Source: Chthoniobacteraceae bacterium
GTDB lineage: Bacteria > Verrucomicrobiota > Verrucomicrobiia > Chthoniobacterales > Chthoniobacteraceae
Reading direction: 5' to 3'
DNA length: 11,012 nt
Assembly: GCA_031409655.1 (NCBI GenBank)
Contig: JANNXQ010000160.1
Coordinates: forward strand, 1 to 11,012
The notes beneath the pieces were generated by a model that saw only the letters and a program-made list of their open reading frames with translations, was not told the origin of the DNA and searched no databases. Positions 7,259-11,012 of the stretch are shown here, one piece after another; within the stretch, counting starts at the first letter, position 1, and each line of letters begins with the position of its first letter. The position numbers and the translations under genes were made by a program.

Positions 7259-9015
7259 TGCAGGAAATCGCGGGCGGCGAGGAGGTCGGGGTGGTTGCCG
7301 CTGAGGGCGCAGGCTTGGGCGGCGAAGCGTCGCAGGTCTTCCTGCGGAGCGGCTTTTTGCTGCCAGCTTGCCTGGATGGCTCCGGCGATGCGTTTTCCAT
7401 TGGCTTCGCTGGCGATGCCGGCGGCCTGGAGGTGGGCGCTGGCTTCGACGACATGGCCGCGCTGGAGGAGGATCGTGATGAGGTTCACGTGCGCGGAGAC
7501 TTTGCGCGGATCGAGGCGGAGGGCAGTCAGGAACTCGGCGATGGCCTCCTCCTGCCTGGACATGCGCAGGAGCAGGACGCCGCGGTTCACATAGGCATCG
7601 GGGTCGTCGTCGCGGAGTTCGCGGGCGGAAAGGTAGGCGCGATCGGCTTCCTCAAGCTGGTCGGCGGCGGCAAGGGTGTTGGCGAGGTTGAAGCGGGCGC
7701 GATGATAGTCGGGCTTGCTGAGCAGCGACTCGCGGTAGGCAGCGATGGCTTCGGGATAGGCGCGTTCGGCGGCGTGGAGATTACCGAGATTGTACCACGC
7801 GAGCCAGGCGTCGGGATTGCGCGCGACGACGTGGGTCCAGAGGCTGCGGGCGTCTTCAAAATGGGCGAAGTGCGCGGAGGCCAGCGCGGTCGCAGCGAGC
7901 ACGGTGGCGGCACCGCTGGCGTTTGGGTATTGCGCGAGTCGGGGCCACTTTTCCCCGAGCGCGGAGGCGGCGGCGACGGCGGCGACGAGCAGGCCGGGGA
8001 GGGCGTGGTACTGCCAGTGGTCAGCGATTTGCGAGAAGGCAAAGTAGTTCGTGTCGAAGATGCCGAGCAGCGGGCAGAGCAAGAGCGCGTAATAGGCAAG
8101 GCCGAGGGCGATGGGCGCGCCGAGGCGGCGATGGAAGAGCGCGCAGCCCGCGAGAAGGAGGAGGAGCAGCACGCCGGGCAGGGCGGTGTGCGCGGCGGCG
8201 GTGGTATCGACCCAGCCTTGATAGAAAGGCGTGAGGCCGATGGGCAGCAGACCTTTGCCAAGATAGAACCAGAAGGCGGCGCCGGAGGCTTCGAGGCGTT
8301 GCCAGAGGTCCAGCGAACCCATAAGTGATTGCGCGCCGACGCGGTGCTTTTCAAACCAGATGGTGGTGAGGCCGGCGGCGATGCCGAGGACGAAGAAGGG
8401 CAGGAGCTTCGCAAAGAGCACGCGGGCGGATTTTTCGCGCCGCAGGCAAAAGCAGAGGACGAGGAAGACGGGGAGAAAGACGGCGGAGGTCTTGCAGGCG
8501 AGCGCGGCGACGAACCAGCCAAAGGACTGGGCGTAGCTGGACCATCCGCCCTGCCGCGCGTGGCGGAGGAAGGCGAGGAGCGCGAGGCCCATGAAGAGGA
8601 AGGACCAGGTGTTCTTTTGCTCGGCGGCCCAGGCGACGGTTTGCACATTCACGGGATGCACGGCGAAGAGCGCGGCGACCCACCAGGCGCCAGGCCAGCG
8701 CCATTCGCGGCCGATGCGCCAGAGGAGCACGGAGTTTGCGCAGTGGAGCAGGAGATTCACGGCGTGATAGCCGGCGGGGTGATCGCCCCAGAGGAGCCAC
8801 TGGACGCGGAGCAGCGACCAGAAGAGCGGGTAGTAGTTGAAGGCTTCGGACGTGAACCAGAAGAGGCGGAAGCCGTCGGGGCGGCGGAGCAGTGGGTTTT
8901 CGGAAATGTAAACGGGGTCGTCGAAGACGAAGCCGCGACCGATGCCGAAGCCGTAGATGAGCAGAGCGAGCGCGCAGAGCACGATGGCCTTCGTGCGATC
9001 GGACCACTGGTTCAC
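7183..9015 (-). CDS. TMTC-like GT-C membrane glycosyltransferase with C-terminal TPR repeats, 610 aa with the start corrected to GTG 9015
   Basis: The first TM helix is followed by GFVFDD (DD at 8922-8917), then YYPL, YHAVNLLLH, LFAVHPVNVQTVAW, ALACK and IADHWQY. These are collinear with TMTC-family motifs (F-DD, YRPL, FH..N..LH, LFAVHP, LSKE, AERxLY). About 4 TPRs follow (AWYNLGN, ARFNLAN, AYVNRGV, AHVNLIT). The GTG overlaps the upstream stop and has an AAGGAG SD 7 nt upstream. Confidence 0.88.
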   Translation of the reverse strand: MNQWSDRTKAIVLCALALLIYGFGIGRGFVFDDPVYISENPLLRRPDGFRLFWFTSEAFNYYPLFWSLLRVQWLLWGDHPAGYHAVNLLLHCANSVLLWRIGREWRWPGAWWVAALFAVHPVNVQTVAWAAEQKNTWSFLFMGLALLAFLRHARQGGWSSYAQSFGWFVAALACKTSAVFLPVFLVLCFCLRREKSARVLFAKLLPFFVLGIAAGLTTIWFEKHRVGAQSLMGSLDLWQRLEASGAAFWFYLGKGLLPIGLTPFYQGWVDTTAAAHTALPGVLLLLLLAGCALFHRRLGAPIALGLAYYALLLCPLLGIFDTNYFAFSQIADHWQYHALPGLLVAAVAAASALGEKWPRLAQYPNASGAATVLAATALASAHFAHFEDARSLWTHVVARNPDAWLAWYNLGNLHAAERAYPEAIAAYRESLLSKPDYHRARFNLANTLAAADQLEEADRAYLSARELRDDDPDAYVNRGVLLLRMSRQEEAIAEFLTALRLDPRKVSAHVNLITILLQRGHVVEASAHLQAAGIASEANGKRIAGAIQASWQQKAAPQEDLRRFAAQACALSGNHPDLLAARDFLQPGSAAVPVRQPTNARSATLHLPPR

Positions 9016-9028
9016 GCGTGGACTCCTT
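9012..9028 (-). promoter_or_regulatory. Shine-Dalgarno plus GTGA start/stop overlap (translational coupling)
   Basis: The minus strand reads GAAAGGAG-TCCACGC-GTGA. TGA (9014-9012) ends the upstream CDS and GTG (9015-9013) opens the TMTC-like frame. Confidence 0.8.
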
Positions 9029-10847
9029 TCTGGCGGGGCAAGCGCGACGTGATCGCGGCGGCGAGGACGAATGAAAGCACGCTGGCGATGAAGCCGGCGC
9101 GGCGTTGCGGCAGGCCGCGGTAGCTGAACTCGACGACGTGCTGGCCAGCGGGAACTTCGCAAGAGACGACGGCAGTGGCACCGAGTGGCGTGGTCGGGAC
9201 GGGGCGTGCGTCCACGGTGGCGGTCCAGCCGGGGAACCAGAATTGCCGCAGCGTGACCTGGCCGGCGGTGGGCAGGGTGACTTCGGCGGTGTAGCGATTG
9301 TGGCCGGGACGGGTCCAGCGGTGGATCGTGCCGGAGTCAGTGGACAGCGGCGCGGCGGGCGGGGCGGTGGGTTTTTGCTGCACGCCGCGCGGGAGGAAGT
9401 CGTCCACCGCGGTGGCGCGTTCTCCGGTGGCGCGGATGCTCTCCGGCGTGACGAGGTTGGCGATGGGCGTGAGGACTCCGGCGGATTCCAGGGCGTCGAG
9501 GAGCGCGGGGGTGGCGTGGATCAGGTTACTCGAGCGCGTATCGACGGCGAGGAAGCGGGCCTCGGCATAAAAGGGATAGTAGGCGAGCAGAACGGCGCTG
9601 AGCGCGACGAGGCCGAGGGGCATTTCCAGACGCGGCCAGGCGGTGCCGGCACGATCGAGGAGCACGGCGCCACAGAGCGCGGCACCGAAGACGGCGAAGC
9701 CGAGGAAGCGCCAGGGGAATTGCACGAATTGCACCAATGGCAGCGCGTCCCAGATGGGCTGCGAGACCTGGTGGCAGAGGAAAATCGCGCCGGCGAAAAT
9801 GGTGACGCCGACGAGGCTCCAGCGAGTGCGCGCGGCAGCGGATTTTCCACGGCCATCGAGGAGCAGCAGGAGCAGCGCGCCGACGGCGGCGAGGAGGTGC
9901 GGCCAGCCGATTTGCAGGGACATGCGGTTGGCGGCGTCGGGTCCGTTTTCGCCAAAGCCCCACGACGGATCGAGAAAACGCGACGCCTCCACGAAGTGCC
10001 GATGGAAGTCGTAGTAGCCATCGACCATCGTGTCATCGGCGGCGGTGAAGGCACGGCCGCTGAGCGCGGGCCACCAGAAGAAGGCGGCGGCACCGAGGCC
10101 GAGCGCGGCGGGCGCGGCAGCGAGGAGCAGCGAGGAAAAGGTGCGCGGACGCTGGCTGAGCATCCAGCCCGCGAGCACGCAGGGCGGCAGGCCGATGAGC
10201 GCGGTGACATTGTGCGTGAGCGTGAGGCCGACGGTGGCGATGAACCCGGTGACGAGACCGGCGCGCGACTTTTCTGAAAGGAAGCGCTCGGTGCCGAGGA
10301 CGAGGAGCGGGAGCCAGACGAAGGCGCAGTGTTCGGCGAGCGCGTGGCGGACGAAGATGTCCAAGAGCCGATACGGCGCGGCCATGTAAAGGACCGCACC
10401 GAGGCACGCGGCCCACGCGGAGAGATGGCGGACGGCGAGCGCATACATCGCGAGGCCCGAGGCGAAGAGCGCGAGCACTTGGGTGATTTTCAGGGCTGTG
10501 GGCACGTCTGCGCCGGCGAGGACCAGGATCTCGGTGAAGTAATACGCGAGCGGCGCGTAGAACTGGAAAAGCGGCGAGCCGTAGCCGTGGTAGAGATCAG
10601 GGGACCAAAGCGGGAAGAAGTCGCCGGCGCGGATGGCGGTGTGGAAGGTGACCATGCGGGCGAGATCGAACCCCGCGGAGTGACCGGCGAGCAGCGCCGG
10701 CGCCCACATCACGCGGGTGATGACCACCGCGACGAGCAGAATCGCGAGCCCGTGCAGCAGGTGGAGCTGGCGGGCGCTCGGAGCCGCGACGCTCGGAGCG
10801 CTCGCGGTCTCGGGCGAGAGGAGTGGGTCGATCGTCGAGAGGTTCAC
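9012..10847 (-). CDS. PTPS_related (6-pyruvoyl-tetrahydropterin synthase-related domain) / YfhO-like polytopic membrane protein, probable GT-C glycosyltransferase; start uncertain (GTG 10847 or 10877)
   Basis: Family-typical motifs GDFFPLWSPDLYHGYGSPLFQFYAPLAYY, LYMAAPYRL.D...R.ALAE, LTHN, AAFFWWPAL and VQFPWRFL, with many TM segments. A YfhO-like C-terminal beta region (FWFPGWTATVD...VPAGQHVVEFSY) is followed by a final TM helix. Confidence 0.85.
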   Translation of the reverse strand: MNLSTIDPLLSPETASAPSVAAPSARQLHLLHGLAILLVAVVITRVMWAPALLAGHSAGFDLARMVTFHTAIRAGDFFPLWSPDLYHGYGSPLFQFYAPLAYYFTEILVLAGADVPTALKITQVLALFASGLAMYALAVRHLSAWAACLGAVLYMAAPYRLLDIFVRHALAEHCAFVWLPLLVLGTERFLSEKSRAGLVTGFIATVGLTLTHNVTALIGLPPCVLAGWMLSQRPRTFSSLLLAAAPAALGLGAAAFFWWPALSGRAFTAADDTMVDGYYDFHRHFVEASRFLDPSWGFGENGPDAANRMSLQIGWPHLLAAVGALLLLLLDGRGKSAAARTRWSLVGVTIFAGAIFLCHQVSQPIWDALPLVQFVQFPWRFLGFAVFGAALCGAVLLDRAGTAWPRLEMPLGLVALSAVLLAYYPFYAEARFLAVDTRSSNLIHATPALLDALESAGVLTPIANLVTPESIRATGERATAVDDFLPRGVQQKPTAPPAAPLSTDSGTIHRWTRPGHNRYTAEVTLPTAGQVTLRQFWFPGWTATVDARPVPTTPLGATAVVSCEVPAGQHVVEFSYRGLPQRRAGFIASVLSFVLAAAITSRLPRQKGVHA

Positions 10848-10910
10848 CGGGAATGTGGGAACCCGTGGGCAAAGCACGTTGCGAACTCAGGAGCGGCGGG
10901 AAACGTCTGC

Positions 10911-11001
10911 GCCGGGAGCGCCGCCGTCCCGTGGGGCGTAATTGAATTCGCGCGGAGCGCGGAGCGGCACGCCGCCGCCCGAGACGGCGGCGCTCCCAGG
11001 C
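10911..11001. repeat. REP doublet / REPIN-like palindromic element, copy 2 (91 bp)
   Basis: Arms 10914-10937 and 10974-10997 are inverted repeats (21/24). The reverse complement of 10974-11001 matches 7131-7158 at 27/28. Each arm is a GGAG foot plus a GCCGCC..GGCGGC-type hairpin. Confidence 0.85.
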
Positions 11002-11012
11002 TACCGCGCGGC

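Noticed and set aside
7056..7454. 133-aa N-terminal extension of the DUF1553 ORF (ORF-track start 7454; alternative ATG 7160), or a frameshift fusion with the TPR gene
   Set aside because: It is low-complexity Pro/Ser/Ala sequence overlapping the TPR gene and the repeat. A clean signal peptide starts at ATG 7055, and no slippery site was seen.
9016..9162. 49-aa N-terminal extension of the TMTC-like ORF
   Set aside because: It is Arg/Pro-rich out-of-frame read-through of the upstream gene. The SD plus GTGA overlap identifies 9015 as the start.
7162..10277. Long, nearly contiguous plus-strand ORFs (7162-8328, 8329-9123, 9105-10277)
   Set aside because: These are antisense shadows of high-GC3 genes, with Gly/Glu-biased translations and no recognisable motifs.
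10775..10799. Short direct repeat CGCTCGGAGC x2
   Set aside because: Explained by the low-complexity peptide APSVAAPSA.
9012..10847. Pterin or queuosine biosynthesis role suggested by the PTPS_related name
   Set aside because: The protein is a polytopic GT-C-like membrane protein without the small soluble T-fold PTPS/QueD motifs.
7131..11001. CRISPR array or IS/MITE interpretation of the repeats
   Set aside because: The arms are inverted pairs rather than regularly spaced direct repeats. No cas or transposase gene is present and no target-site duplication is evident.

Overview
High-GC window from a PVC-superphylum bacterium (Verrucomicrobiota- or Planctomycetota-like gene families; the taxonomy is inferred). 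It holds five complete genes, all on the minus strand, in two blocks. Block 1 (about 10847 to 7183) encodes two translationally coupled GT-C-fold membrane proteins: a PTPS_related/YfhO-like protein and a TMTC-like glycosyltransferase with TPR repeats. Block 2 (7055 to 168) is the typical uncharacterised PVC exported module: a PSCyt1/DUF1549/DUF1553 cytochrome c protein, a Tat-exported DUF1501 protein, and a PVC-type beta-propeller/HEAT/cytochrome c protein. Block 1 is bracketed by two homologous REP-doublet (REPIN-like) palindromic elements at 7131-7258 and 10911-11001. The first overlaps the TMTC-like gene and supplies its last 24 codons and its stop. At the left edge, a sigma70-like promoter precedes a probable near-leaderless gene that runs out of the window. 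All family calls come from motif recognition by eye; no searches were run.
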